64,000 nucleotides of DNA from an uncultured Gammaproteobacteria bacterium (GTDB lineage Bacteria > Pseudomonadota > Gammaproteobacteria > Steroidobacterales > JABDMI01), in the NCBI GenBank assembly GCA_905479875.1, contig CAJQOG010000060.1:3853-67852 (forward strand), in the 5' to 3' direction. Made by a program: the position numbers and the translations under genes. This document shows positions 29,657 to 38,882 of this stretch, in pieces; position 1 is the stretch's first letter; the number at the start of each line of letters is the position of its first letter. A model generated the notes under the pieces. It worked only from the letters and a program-made list of their open reading frames with translations. It was not told the origin of the DNA and searched no databases.

Positions 29657-30358
29657 ATGATTGATATTAAACAAAATCTGTTACAAATTCGTAACGAAAT
29701 AACTCAAATCAGCCTAAAATCTGTGCGCTCGGCTGATGAAGTTACTTTGGTAGCTGTTAGTAAGACCAAGCCTCTTGAACTCATATCGGAAGCCTATCAA
29801 TGCGGCCAACGACATTTTGCAGAAAACTATGTTCAAGAAGGAGTAGAAAAAATACACAATTGGGCGACTTCCCAAAATGCTTCAATGGACCCCATTATTT
29901 GGCATTTTATAGGCTCAATTCAAAGTAATAAATGCGCTTCTATTGCACAAAATTTTGACTGGGTACATTCTTTAGCAAGCGTAAAACATGCTCGACGTCT
30001 AAATAGTTATCGACAAGAACTCCAAACTCCACTTAACGTGTGCATCCAAGTGCAAATTAAAAATGAAAGTCAACGAAGTGGCTTAGCTCTGGATGAAGTG
30101 ACTGAGTTTTTACTCCAAATAGCTGATTTCCCTCTGTTAAATGTTCGTGGTTTAATGTGTGTATTACCTGTAGGGTGGCAAGGCGAACAAGCAAATTATG
30201 GCTTTGATTTAGTGCACAAAAAATTTATAGAATTAAAAGCCAAGCATACAAACCTTGACACTTTATCGCTTGGAATGTCTGGCGATTATAGAAATGCACT
30301 AAGTCATGGCTCTACGATGTTACGCTTAGGGTCTGCTGTTTTTGGCAAACGTAAATAA
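29657..30358 (+). CDS. yggS: YggS family pyridoxal-phosphate homeostasis protein
   Basis: LVAVSKTKP, FAENYVQE, HFIGSIQSNK, LSLGMSGDY. Divergent from pilT as in Pseudomonas. Confidence 0.9.
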   Translation: MIDIKQNLLQIRNEITQISLKSVRSADEVTLVAVSKTKPLELISEAYQCGQRHFAENYVQEGVEKIHNWATSQNASMDPIIWHFIGSIQSNKCASIAQNFDWVHSLASVKHARRLNSYRQELQTPLNVCIQVQIKNESQRSGLALDEVTEFLLQIADFPLLNVRGLMCVLPVGWQGEQANYGFDLVHKKFIELKAKHTNLDTLSLGMSGDYRNALSHGSTMLRLGSAVFGKRK

Positions 30359-30412
30359 GCGCTCAATCAATCATAGGTTGAATAAGCTAGACGTATTTGA
30401 GGTCAATTAATT

Positions 30413-31255
30413 ATGAATTTCAAGTCAAAAAAAATAACCTTTGTAGGTGGCGGGAATATGGCTCGCAGCTTAATCAGCGGCTTGATTAAACATGGCATGC
30501 CAAATGAGAACATACAGGTCATAGTACCTGACTCAGAACGAGCAACTAGCCTTGCTGAAGATTTTCAAATTCGCACACAGCCTAAAGCGGACAATGGAAT
30601 TTTAAATGTAGATATCATTCTCTTTGCCGTAAAACCACAAATTTTGAAACCTGTTTGCAAAGATATAGCAAAATTTTTGAACAACTCCTCTGCAATTGTC
30701 TTATCAATTGCCGCAGGCATAAAAACAGACAACATTCGACAATGGCTAAACAAGAGCAATTCAAATTCTATAAAAATAATTCGTGCCATGCCAAATACAC
30801 CCGCGTTAATTGGCTTAGGCGCTACTGGCTTATTTGGGGCTGGTGAGCTTGATGAAGCTGAGACATTTTATATTGAGAGTGTTTTTAACGCTGTAGGTAT
30901 TAGTATCTGGGTCAATTCAGAGAGTGACTTAGATGCCGTTACAGCTTTATCCGGAAGTGGCCCTGCCTATTTATTTAGCTTATTCGAGCATTTAATTTCT
31001 GCGGGCGTTGAACAAGGGTTAAGCGTTGATCAAGCATTCCAATTAGTTACGCAAACCGCAGTTGGTGCTGCGCAAATGGCAAAAACTGCCCAAAACAATA
31101 ACATCAGAACATTACGAAACAATGTGACATCTAAAGGCGGAACCACGGAAGCTGGCTTAAATGTATTAGCGAAACACAATTTTGAACATATAATAAAAAA
31201 AGTCATTTCTGCTGCGAAAAATCGATCGCTAGAACTTTCCAAAGATTTTTCTTAA
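30413..31255 (+). CDS. proC: pyrroline-5-carboxylate reductase
   Basis: FVGGGNMA, RAMPNTPA, SGSGPAY, VTSKGGTTEAG. Confidence 0.9.
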   Translation: MNFKSKKITFVGGGNMARSLISGLIKHGMPNENIQVIVPDSERATSLAEDFQIRTQPKADNGILNVDIILFAVKPQILKPVCKDIAKFLNNSSAIVLSIAAGIKTDNIRQWLNKSNSNSIKIIRAMPNTPALIGLGATGLFGAGELDEAETFYIESVFNAVGISIWVNSESDLDAVTALSGSGPAYLFSLFEHLISAGVEQGLSVDQAFQLVTQTAVGAAQMAKTAQNNNIRTLRNNVTSKGGTTEAGLNVLAKHNFEHIIKKVISAAKNRSLELSKDFS

Positions 31256-31310
31256 TCTAGTTAAGTTTTGAAAACCACAACAAAACATCACCACACAAGC
31301 CGAGAATCTA

Positions 31311-31853
31311 ATGCGAGCACTTACCTTTTTAATTGAAACTAGTTTTAATATTGTATTAAGTATTTTCTTGATACGCATGACCTTACAATGGGTAAGAGCA
31401 AATTTTAGCAATCCAATCGTTCAGGTTGTTACAAGGTTTACTAACCCAGTAATTCTTCAACTACGTAAAGTTGTACCACCTATTGGAAAATTGGATACCG
31501 CCTCATTAATTGCTTGCATAGCGATAGCCGCGTTAATGTCATTTAGCTTGTTTTTATTAAACGGGGTTGAAATGAATGCAATTTTGGGCCAACCAAAATT
31601 TTTACTTTTAGACACTGCACGTAGACTACTGCTGTGTATTGTGCAACTTTATTGGGTTCTCATTCTTTTCACTATAATATTAAGCTGGATGCAGCCACAT
31701 CAACACTCGCCTCTCACGGCCGTACTTTCCGAACTTACTGAGCCGCTTCTTAAGCCTATGCGCCGAATTCTTAAGCCCATTGGAGGATTAGATTTATCTC
31801 CAATACCAGTACTTATTCTTTTATCAGCGCTGATACATCAATTTAGTATTTGA
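31311..31853 (+). CDS. yggT: YggT family membrane protein
   Basis: Four-TM protein with a duplicated YGGT-like motif (GGLDLSPI), following proC. Confidence 0.8.
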   Translation: MRALTFLIETSFNIVLSIFLIRMTLQWVRANFSNPIVQVVTRFTNPVILQLRKVVPPIGKLDTASLIACIAIAALMSFSLFLLNGVEMNAILGQPKFLLLDTARRLLLCIVQLYWVLILFTIILSWMQPHQHSPLTAVLSELTEPLLKPMRRILKPIGGLDLSPIPVLILLSALIHQFSI

Positions 31854-31957
31854 TTATTTTTAATAAAAATATCAACTGAAATTTAAAATGTATTTGGTAA
31901 ATTCTAAAAGTCAGGCGTATAGTGTGTAGGAACTTAGCTTAATATGGAGTTAGTATC

Positions 31958-32461
31958 ATGAACTTTTGTCTTAAAAATACATTTGCAGTAGTAATTTTAT
32001 TTAGTTATCTCTCAGCCTGTGGGGGACCAGCTCCTTCAAGCGAGACTTTATCAGGCGCTCCTGCAGCCAATGAAATCAAAAAAAATAAAATGTTTGATGA
32101 CGGTAAACATGTAATATATTTTAATGCTATTACAACTGACTTTCTGGAACCCGAGATAGCCAAAGCAAATAATATTACTCGCAGTAAAAATCGTGCTTTA
32201 GTGAATATTGCAATTCAGAAAAAAAATACAGACGGTACAAAAACACCGGTAAATGCTAGCTTAAATGCTACTGTAACAAACCTTACTGGACAGCTTAAAA
32301 ATGTTGATTGGCGAAAAGTGAATGAAGGTTCAGCTATCTATTATTTAGGTTTGGTAAATATAGCCAATGGTGAAACTCTCATCTTTGATTTGCAACCAGT
32401 ACCAGAAGGACAAGACGAAAGTATTGCGGTAAGATTCCAACATCGCTTTTTTAATGATTAA
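31958..32461 (+). CDS. DUF4426-like lipoprotein
   Basis: Lipobox LSACGG. Matches my recollection of the DUF4426 proteins encoded after yggT in Pseudomonas (YFNAI..FL.PEIA....ITRS....LVNI, AIYYLG). Confidence 0.65.
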   Translation: MNFCLKNTFAVVILFSYLSACGGPAPSSETLSGAPAANEIKKNKMFDDGKHVIYFNAITTDFLEPEIAKANNITRSKNRALVNIAIQKKNTDGTKTPVNASLNATVTNLTGQLKNVDWRKVNEGSAIYYLGLVNIANGETLIFDLQPVPEGQDESIAVRFQHRFFND

Positions 32462-32639
32462 GATTTCTTATAATAACGATTAAATCTTAAGCAAAAACGT
32501 GGAAATAGCATGCATAAGCTATATAATTTAAAAAAAATGTCATAAACATCTGTTTTTTTTTTCTAAATATGCTATTTTTCGCTCACAGAATAAAGTTTAA
32601 ATTTAATATCCACTATTCAATCTCAGGAGAGCTACCTAA

Positions 32640-32981
32640 ATGGCTACTAAGAAAAAAACACCTGCAAAACCACCTGCAGCTAAGCCACCGACAAAAACAG
32701 AAATTTTACGCACAATCTCTGACGAAACCGGTTTAACTCGTCGTGACGTAGATGCAGTTTTCGAATCATTACGCGGTTTAATCAAGAAAAATCTTGGCCG
32801 TCGTGGTCCAGGCGTTTTCACTTTACCGGGTCTTGTTAAAGTTAAGGTTGTTACTAAGCCTGCAACTAAATCTCGTAAAGGGATTAACCCGTTCACGGGT
32901 GAAGAAATAATGATTAAAGCAAAGCCTGCACGTAAAGCAGTTAAAGTACTTGCACTAAAAGCACTTAAAGATATGATCTAA
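32640..32981 (+). CDS. HU-family DNA-binding protein with a Lys/Pro/Ala-rich N-terminal tail
   Basis: HU/IHF fold signature (ILRTISDETGLTRRDVDAVFESL...NPFTGEEIMIKAKPA) preceded by MATKKKTPAKPPAAKPPTK. SD GGAGAG upstream and a strong terminator downstream. Confidence 0.75.
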   Translation: MATKKKTPAKPPAAKPPTKTEILRTISDETGLTRRDVDAVFESLRGLIKKNLGRRGPGVFTLPGLVKVKVVTKPATKSRKGINPFTGEEIMIKAKPARKAVKVLALKALKDMI

Positions 32982-33017
32982 ATTTATAATGTGGCTATCA
33001 ATGCCAATGTATAAATT

Positions 33018-33049
33018 AAAAAAAACCGACATTCAATGTCGGTTTTTTT
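33018..33049. terminator. bidirectional rho-independent terminator
   Basis: CCGACAT-TCA-ATGTCGG stem flanked by A8 and T7, between convergent genes. Confidence 0.75.
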
Positions 33050-33093
33050 ATATCTAAAATTTAATTAAATCTAATCACATATAAATTTTAACA

Positions 33094-33732
33094 CTAAAGA
33101 CCACCTAACCAAGCACTGACCACATCACGTAAAACAGTTAGTTGGCCATGAAAAAAATGGTCCGCATTTGGTACTTCAACTAATTGCACTTCTTCATTAA
33201 ATGGTTCTAACCATGCTTTTACATCATGTATCAGCACTAGCTCATCTTCCAACCCCTGAATAGTCAACCACGGCATGTTTGGTGCTTTAATTTTTGAAAA
33301 ATCCCAACGACCAACAGGTGGTGCAACAGTGATTAAACTTTTCAACTTTATATGCTCTGGGGAAAATCCATCTTGAGCAGTTTGTAAGGCCACATAAGAG
33401 CCAAAAGAAAACCCGGCCAGATTGAAATCTAAATCTGGCCATCTAGAATGGGCCCAGGTCATAACTGCTAGAACATCAGCAACTTCACCTTGACCATCAT
33501 CATGCACACCTTCACTTTTACCTACTCCACGAAAGTTAAAACGAATAGTTATCATATTGGCGTCTTTAAAACTACGCGCCAACATATACGCCACTTTATT
33601 GTGCATGGTCCCTTGAAATAGAGGATGAGGATGACAAATAATACCAATAGCGATTGGTGTCGATGTAGAACCCTCCACCAATAGTTCAAGTGAACCCGCA
33701 GGCCCATCAATAAGTAAAGACTCACTACTCAT
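33094..33732 (-). CDS. alpha/beta-fold hydrolase (COG2945-like)
   Basis: HPHP...RFNFRGVGKSEG and the nucleophile elbow GFSFGS. Confidence 0.7.
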   Translation of the reverse strand: MSSESLLIDGPAGSLELLVEGSTSTPIAIGIICHPHPLFQGTMHNKVAYMLARSFKDANMITIRFNFRGVGKSEGVHDDGQGEVADVLAVMTWAHSRWPDLDFNLAGFSFGSYVALQTAQDGFSPEHIKLKSLITVAPPVGRWDFSKIKAPNMPWLTIQGLEDELVLIHDVKAWLEPFNEEVQLVEVPNADHFFHGQLTVLRDVVSAWLGGL

Positions 33733-33764
33733 AATTTTTTACACAAAGTTTTAGAATGACAAAT

Positions 33765-35630
33765 TTAAATACCAATTTTAAATTCCATATCTTCAACACT
33801 AACCCTGCCTGTCTCAGTAAATTTGTCACTGGCTTTTGCAGGAGCATAATAAAGTAAGGTATCCCCAGCAGTAGGCTCTATTGATTCATTTGCAGTAGCC
33901 AAAATTAATTCACTGTTAGCCTTAATAACTAAGACCAACATTGCCTCTGCAGATGCATCTCCCAGAAAATCACTATACGTATAATTATCACTTAGTTTAG
34001 TACTGTAAAACTGCCAGTCACGAATATGAAGTTTCCAAAGCCGCTCAAATACCGCATCATACTGAAAAGCCGGTTTGCCACGAATTGAACGAGTAACGCC
34101 ACGCTCGCCTTCTTCTGCACTGATTCCCATTGGAAGCTGATAAACTGATTTTCTCCCAATTTCAGGAGCAAGCGCTGTGCAAACTAGCGCATTATAAGCA
34201 TCATTACTGGTTGCGGCTAACACAACATCAATATGTGAAATTTCTACCGTAGCTTCCGCAAAATCGGATAATATTTCACCATAAAAAATCGGCACTCCTG
34301 CTAAACGCGCTGATCGTAAACTGTGCCAAGAACTATCTGCCACCAAAACTTCAACTTCTAAACTTTTCAACTTCTTAGCAAGTTCTATTGACCAAGGTGA
34401 GCCGCCTACAATCAAAAGAGTTTGCTTATCGGGCGCAGCAAGACCCAAACGTCGTGCAAGCCAACCAATACTCATGCCATGTAAAACCACTGTGACAAAA
34501 ATCACAAAAAAGATGAGTGGTAATAAGGCTTCACCATCAGGATAACCGGCCTCATATAAACGTGGCCCCATAACGCCGGCCGTAGCGGCAGCAACAATTC
34601 CACGCGGAGCAATCCAGGAAAGCAATATACGATCATTACGCGGCATCCCTGAGCCCATAGTTGCCAGCCAAATAGTCACAGGACGACAAACCAATAATAC
34701 AACGACTATTAAAGCCACACCCTGCCACCCAATAACCCGTGCAATTCGTAGATCAATATTTGCTGTAAGCATCACAAACACAACTGACACTAACATTACA
34801 GTGATGTATTCTTTAAAGCGCCTCATGTCTTGTAAGCCGGGCAGATGCATATTACCAATCACCATGCCCATAATTGTTACCGCAAGCAAACCTGCTTCAT
34901 GTTGTAATGCATTAGATACCTCAAACACTATCAAGACCAAAGTTAACATTACCGGCGATTTAAGATATTCAGGTACATATCCATGCAAAAACGCCTTACC
35001 AGTTAACCAGCCTCCTAAACCTCCAAGGAAAATGCCAGACATTAAAGCTAAACTTAAGCCAGTAGCGATAGCAACCCAGCCACTACCCTCACCAGCAAAA
35101 ACAAAAAACTGAAATACTAAAACAGCAAGCAAAGCACCAATTGGATCGTTAACTATGCCTTCCCACTTTAAGTACGATGCTGTGCGACGGTTCAGTCCTG
35201 CTTGGCGTAACAAGGGCATAATCACTGTGGGTCCAGTGACTACTAGAATAGCACCAAATACTAAAGAAACTGGCCAGCTTAAACCACCAACAAAGTGACC
35301 GGCCAATGCACAAGTAACAAATGCTACTGGTGCTCCAATATAAACTAAACGTTTAACACCAGACGCAGCAACACGCAGTTCATGAATATGTAAATTAAGC
35401 CCCCCCTCAAATAAGATAATAGCTACACATAAGCTAATAATTGAGCGACGCAAATCTTCATTAAAAATTTCAGATGGTATTACCCAGCCCAAAGCCGATT
35501 TACCGACCAATAAACCTGCCGTTGCCAACAACACAATTGCAGGCAAGCGTGTGCGCCAAGCTAGCCACTGAGCGCCAACACCAAGCGCCACAATGGCGAC
35601 AATAATTAAAGATATATGTTCAGTGTCCAA
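33765..35630 (-). CDS. CPA1-family cation/proton (Na+/H+) antiporter with a C-terminal RCK/TrkA-like domain
   Basis: About 12 TM helices, then a soluble domain with a Rossmann-like segment LLIVGGSPWSIELAKKL. Confidence 0.8.
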   Translation of the reverse strand: MDTEHISLIIVAIVALGVGAQWLAWRTRLPAIVLLATAGLLVGKSALGWVIPSEIFNEDLRRSIISLCVAIILFEGGLNLHIHELRVAASGVKRLVYIGAPVAFVTCALAGHFVGGLSWPVSLVFGAILVVTGPTVIMPLLRQAGLNRRTASYLKWEGIVNDPIGALLAVLVFQFFVFAGEGSGWVAIATGLSLALMSGIFLGGLGGWLTGKAFLHGYVPEYLKSPVMLTLVLIVFEVSNALQHEAGLLAVTIMGMVIGNMHLPGLQDMRRFKEYITVMLVSVVFVMLTANIDLRIARVIGWQGVALIVVVLLVCRPVTIWLATMGSGMPRNDRILLSWIAPRGIVAAATAGVMGPRLYEAGYPDGEALLPLIFFVIFVTVVLHGMSIGWLARRLGLAAPDKQTLLIVGGSPWSIELAKKLKSLEVEVLVADSSWHSLRSARLAGVPIFYGEILSDFAEATVEISHIDVVLAATSNDAYNALVCTALAPEIGRKSVYQLPMGISAEEGERGVTRSIRGKPAFQYDAVFERLWKLHIRDWQFYSTKLSDNYTYSDFLGDASAEAMLVLVIKANSELILATANESIEPTAGDTLLYYAPAKASDKFTETGRVSVEDMEFKIGI

Positions 35631-35875
35631 ATGTAATCTCGATCAAAAATGACTGCTAAACTTAACGTGTGTATGGCCTGCATGCAAGCCTGAATATCAA
35701 AAATATTGATTGTAAGTTTCTGATTTTGCTGGTAGTGAGGCAAATTGTTTGTACAATAGCAGAGGTTTTAGAAGCTAATACAATGATTAACTAGAATTGT
35801 CATTTTTATGGTTAGCGTAAACACATACACCAACATTGATTATAATTAACACAAGGCAAACTTTTTTAACCTAAA

Positions 35876-36217
35876 ATGTACTTTGACTCTATTGATGACA
35901 GCAAAAAACCTGCGATAATTCGAATCGTGTTACTTGGCGCTACAAGCTTTATCGCTATTGCGTTTTTGAGTATAAAATCCGTCATACCCAGCATTGAAAA
36001 AGATATATTAAACAATGTCAACGTTGCATTGATGGAAAATAAACTCCCTAACATTCTTGTTACCGTAACAGGACAAGATATAACACTAGAGGGTTTTGTT
36101 ACAGAACAAATCCAAGACAAAGCAATCCAAGTTATAAGCCAAATTAAAGGTGTTGAAAATGTAACTTCTGAATTCATCTTGGTAGATTCAGTACCAGTAA
36201 CTGGAAAAGTAGAATGA
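35876..36217 (+). CDS. BON-domain membrane-anchored protein
   Basis: N-terminal TM helix and a BON-like segment VTVTGQDITLEGFVTEQIQDKAIQVISQIKGVENV. Confidence 0.6.
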   Translation: MYFDSIDDSKKPAIIRIVLLGATSFIAIAFLSIKSVIPSIEKDILNNVNVALMENKLPNILVTVTGQDITLEGFVTEQIQDKAIQVISQIKGVENVTSEFILVDSVPVTGKVE

Positions 36218-37272
36218 TTTATCTAATTGGCAAAATGTTACTGCCATTATTTTTTGCCGTGATGATTGGCTTATGGCTGGGCTGGCAGTTGCGTGGTTTA
36301 GATTTTTCTCAAAGATTACGAACTTTGCAAAATGAATGGGCTGCTCGATTTCGATCTTCAGACCAAGAACGTGATTTTGCTATTAAAAAATCTACAACTC
36401 TTGACCTAAAAAGCAAACAATACAAACAGCAACTTGAAGCTAGTGGCAAATTGCTTAAACGCTATGAAGAGTCTCGAAAACAGTCACAAATTACCATTGA
36501 AGAAGACAACAAACTCATCAAAAAACTTAGCTCTGGCTTAAACCTTTTACGCACTAACTTAGTTGATCGCGATGAAAAGCTAAAAAAACTTTCTACTATT
36601 CTGATTAAGCTTAAAGAGCTAGAGCGTTCGCAAAAAGATAAAATTCGCTCAGGAAGTAATACCATTGAACGTCTAATGCTTCAAGCACAAGAAAAATCTA
36701 GCAAAATTCAAGTACTTCATGACGAACTCAATACGGTACAGGAAAATCAAAAATCTACACAAGCAAGCAGTAGTGATATAAAACAAGATTATTACGATTT
36801 ACAGGCAAAATTAAACGATAGAGAAACTAAATTAGACTTAATTAAGCAAGAATTAGAGTCACAAAAAGAAACCGCTACTTCAATGGAAAAAGAGCTACAA
36901 GCAATTCAAGCTCAAGTAACTACTGCACCAGCAAATGATTTAAATATGCAATTAACAAAATCTAATCGACCTGTTTGGATTTTAGAAGAACCCAGTGAAC
37001 GCAAGGACAATTTGCAGGTGATTAAAGGCATTGGGCCAGTCATGGAAAAGCTTCTAAATGAAATTGGGATTTTCCACTACAACCAACTTGCACGCATGAA
37101 TGAATCAGACTGTTTATGGGTTTCAGATCGTATTCGCACTTTCCCAAAGCGCATCAAACGCGATCGCTGGCAACAACAAGCTGTTGAACTAGACTTAGAT
37201 CAACACGATCATAACCAGACAGTCTTCACTAATCATTCGCAAGCTGCCCTTAATTTAGAGGAAGAAGAATGA
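36214..37272 (+). CDS. membrane-anchored coiled-coil protein with a C-terminal helix-hairpin-helix-like motif
   Basis: N-terminal TM helix, ~230 aa of heptad-like K/E/Q/L-rich sequence, and a C-terminal LQVIKGIGPVMEKLLNEIGIFHYNQLA...RIKRDRWQQQA. ATGA overlap with both neighbours. Confidence 0.6.
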   Translation: MIYLIGKMLLPLFFAVMIGLWLGWQLRGLDFSQRLRTLQNEWAARFRSSDQERDFAIKKSTTLDLKSKQYKQQLEASGKLLKRYEESRKQSQITIEEDNKLIKKLSSGLNLLRTNLVDRDEKLKKLSTILIKLKELERSQKDKIRSGSNTIERLMLQAQEKSSKIQVLHDELNTVQENQKSTQASSSDIKQDYYDLQAKLNDRETKLDLIKQELESQKETATSMEKELQAIQAQVTTAPANDLNMQLTKSNRPVWILEEPSERKDNLQVIKGIGPVMEKLLNEIGIFHYNQLARMNESDCLWVSDRIRTFPKRIKRDRWQQQAVELDLDQHDHNQTVFTNHSQAALNLEEEE

Positions 37273-37898
37273 AATTAACTATTAAAGAATTCTCACTTAA
37301 CAAACACATACCGGTTGAATTTGCATTTGCGATTCCTGACATTGCACAACATGTTGCTTTAAGCGATAACTTGAACCCTACTCTCACCTGGTCAGACGCC
37401 CCTGTTAATACGAAATCGTTTGTATTGCTATGTGTAGACCCTGATGTACCCAGCAAGCCAGACGATGTAAACCAGGAAGATAGAGAAATCTCTGATGACT
37501 TACCTCGCTGTGATTTTTATCATTGGGTCATGGTAGATATACCCAATTCAATTAAGCAAATTACAGCTGGCTCTTGTTCATCATCGGTTGTTGCACATGG
37601 TAAGAAAAATCCTGATGGGCCCGATGGGTCTCGACAAGGCATTAATGATTACACTCAATGGTTTAATGGTGATGAAACTATGCATGGAGAATACTACGGA
37701 TACGATGGTCCGTGTCCTCCATGGAATGACAGCATTATTCATCATTATCATTTCATTTTATATGCAACTGACCTTGAACGCTGCGAAGTAGATGGCGCTT
37801 TTACAGGACCTGATGTCAAAGCAGCCATTGAAGGGCATATCTTAGCTCAAGCCGAAGTAATTGGCACTTACTCACTAAACCCTAGATTAATCTCTTAA
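37269..37898 (+). CDS. YbhB/YbcL family PEBP (Raf-kinase-inhibitor-like) protein
   Basis: PEBP motifs DPDVPS, YHWVMVDIP, GYDGPCPP, HHYHFILYA. Confidence 0.85.
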   Translation: MKLTIKEFSLNKHIPVEFAFAIPDIAQHVALSDNLNPTLTWSDAPVNTKSFVLLCVDPDVPSKPDDVNQEDREISDDLPRCDFYHWVMVDIPNSIKQITAGSCSSSVVAHGKKNPDGPDGSRQGINDYTQWFNGDETMHGEYYGYDGPCPPWNDSIIHHYHFILYATDLERCEVDGAFTGPDVKAAIEGHILAQAEVIGTYSLNPRLIS

Positions 37899-37922
37899 AT
37901 TCATTTTATATTTTTAAGAAAC

Positions 37923-37948
37923 TAAAAAGCCTAGTAGTTAGCTAGGCT
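37923..37948 (-). terminator. probable terminator of the tonB gene
   Basis: AGCCTAG / CTAGGCT stem with a T5 run on the minus strand. Confidence 0.5.
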
Positions 37949-37975
37949 AATTAGTTTCCTTAAATATACTTTTAC

Positions 37976-38569
37976 TTATAATCTAAAAGCAATACGCTTC
38001 CTATCAACTCGTTTAGTTAACTCACTATTAGAATATTTCCATTTAAATACAGCCTCGCGAGCTGCTTTCTCGAATAAAGAATGTGAAGACTCAATAACAC
38101 GAACATCTACTACCTTGCCGTATTTATCCACTACATTCTCTACAATTACGAACCCTTCTAAACTTCTACGCTCAGCTGCTTCAGGATATTTAACTTTAGA
38201 TCCAACTAAGACTGTTAAATCAGGTGGTGAGATATCTTCCAAAACAGGTGGCGCCGGCCTTGTTCCTGGTATATCACCAATTCCTACTCGAACTCGGGTT
38301 GGAGGCGCAGGCATGTCTACTGGCTTCATTGGCGCAACCGGAATAATTGGTGTCTCAAAATTTGGCTGCTGATTTATCGGCGGTGGAGGTTTTACCTCAG
38401 AAGGGTTTTCAGCTATTAACTCAGGTTCATCAAAAGGTACATAGACATAAGTATCTGTTGGTGATGGTGGTGTTACTTGTGCATCATGCTTATCTATTAA
38501 ATATGTCATCATTAAAAAAAGTGAAAGGCTTACCGCAATACCGGCCAAGCAAGATATCATGTAACGCAT
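37976..38569 (-). CDS. tonB: energy transducer TonB
   Basis: N-terminal TM anchor, Pro-rich spacer (KPPPPINQQP..PAPPTRV) and a C-terminal TonB_C domain (YPEAAERRSLEGFVIVENVVDKYGKVVDVRVIES). Confidence 0.75.
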   Translation of the reverse strand: MRYMISCLAGIAVSLSLFLMMTYLIDKHDAQVTPPSPTDTYVYVPFDEPELIAENPSEVKPPPPINQQPNFETPIIPVAPMKPVDMPAPPTRVRVGIGDIPGTRPAPPVLEDISPPDLTVLVGSKVKYPEAAERRSLEGFVIVENVVDKYGKVVDVRVIESSHSLFEKAAREAVFKWKYSNSELTKRVDRKRIAFRL

Positions 38570-38761
38570 GGTGACTCTCCTTTATTATTCTGTTCTCCTT
38601 TAAGCTACACAGACATCCACTAATTTACAAATTTATTTGTATTTTACAATTCTTAATTTTTGTTAAATAAAAAACTTCAAAGTACTATTAAAAGCTAAGT
38701 TATTGAATAGAATCGAATTAAATTAATGTTCAATTTAACTGAAAAATTTTTCGCTAACAAA

Positions 38762-38795
38762 GAAAAAAGTCTTTGAAAAAAATTCCAAAGACTTT
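38762..38795 (-). terminator. probable terminator of the amidohydrolase gene
   Basis: AAAGTCTTTG / CAAAGACTTT stem followed by a T-run on the minus strand. Confidence 0.55.
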
Positions 38796-38882
38796 CAACT
38801 CAGTACCCCGAAGTATTTATGACGATACTTAAAAGTATAAAAAATTATGCATTTTATCTAACCTATTAATAAACATTCATAC

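Noticed and set aside
31229-31411. 60-aa minus-strand ORF across the proC-yggT junction.
   Set aside because: It overlaps the ends of two well-supported plus-strand genes and is likely spurious.
32636-32896. 86-aa minus-strand ORF antisense to the HU gene.
   Set aside because: The plus-strand frame has an SD, a terminator and an HU fold signature. The antisense frame is low complexity (Pro/Arg/Gly).
38590-38680. A possible Fur box in the tonB promoter region.
   Set aside because: The AT-rich palindrome ACAAATTTATTTGT does not match the GATAAT-type Fur hexamers. I recorded it only as a generic palindrome finding.
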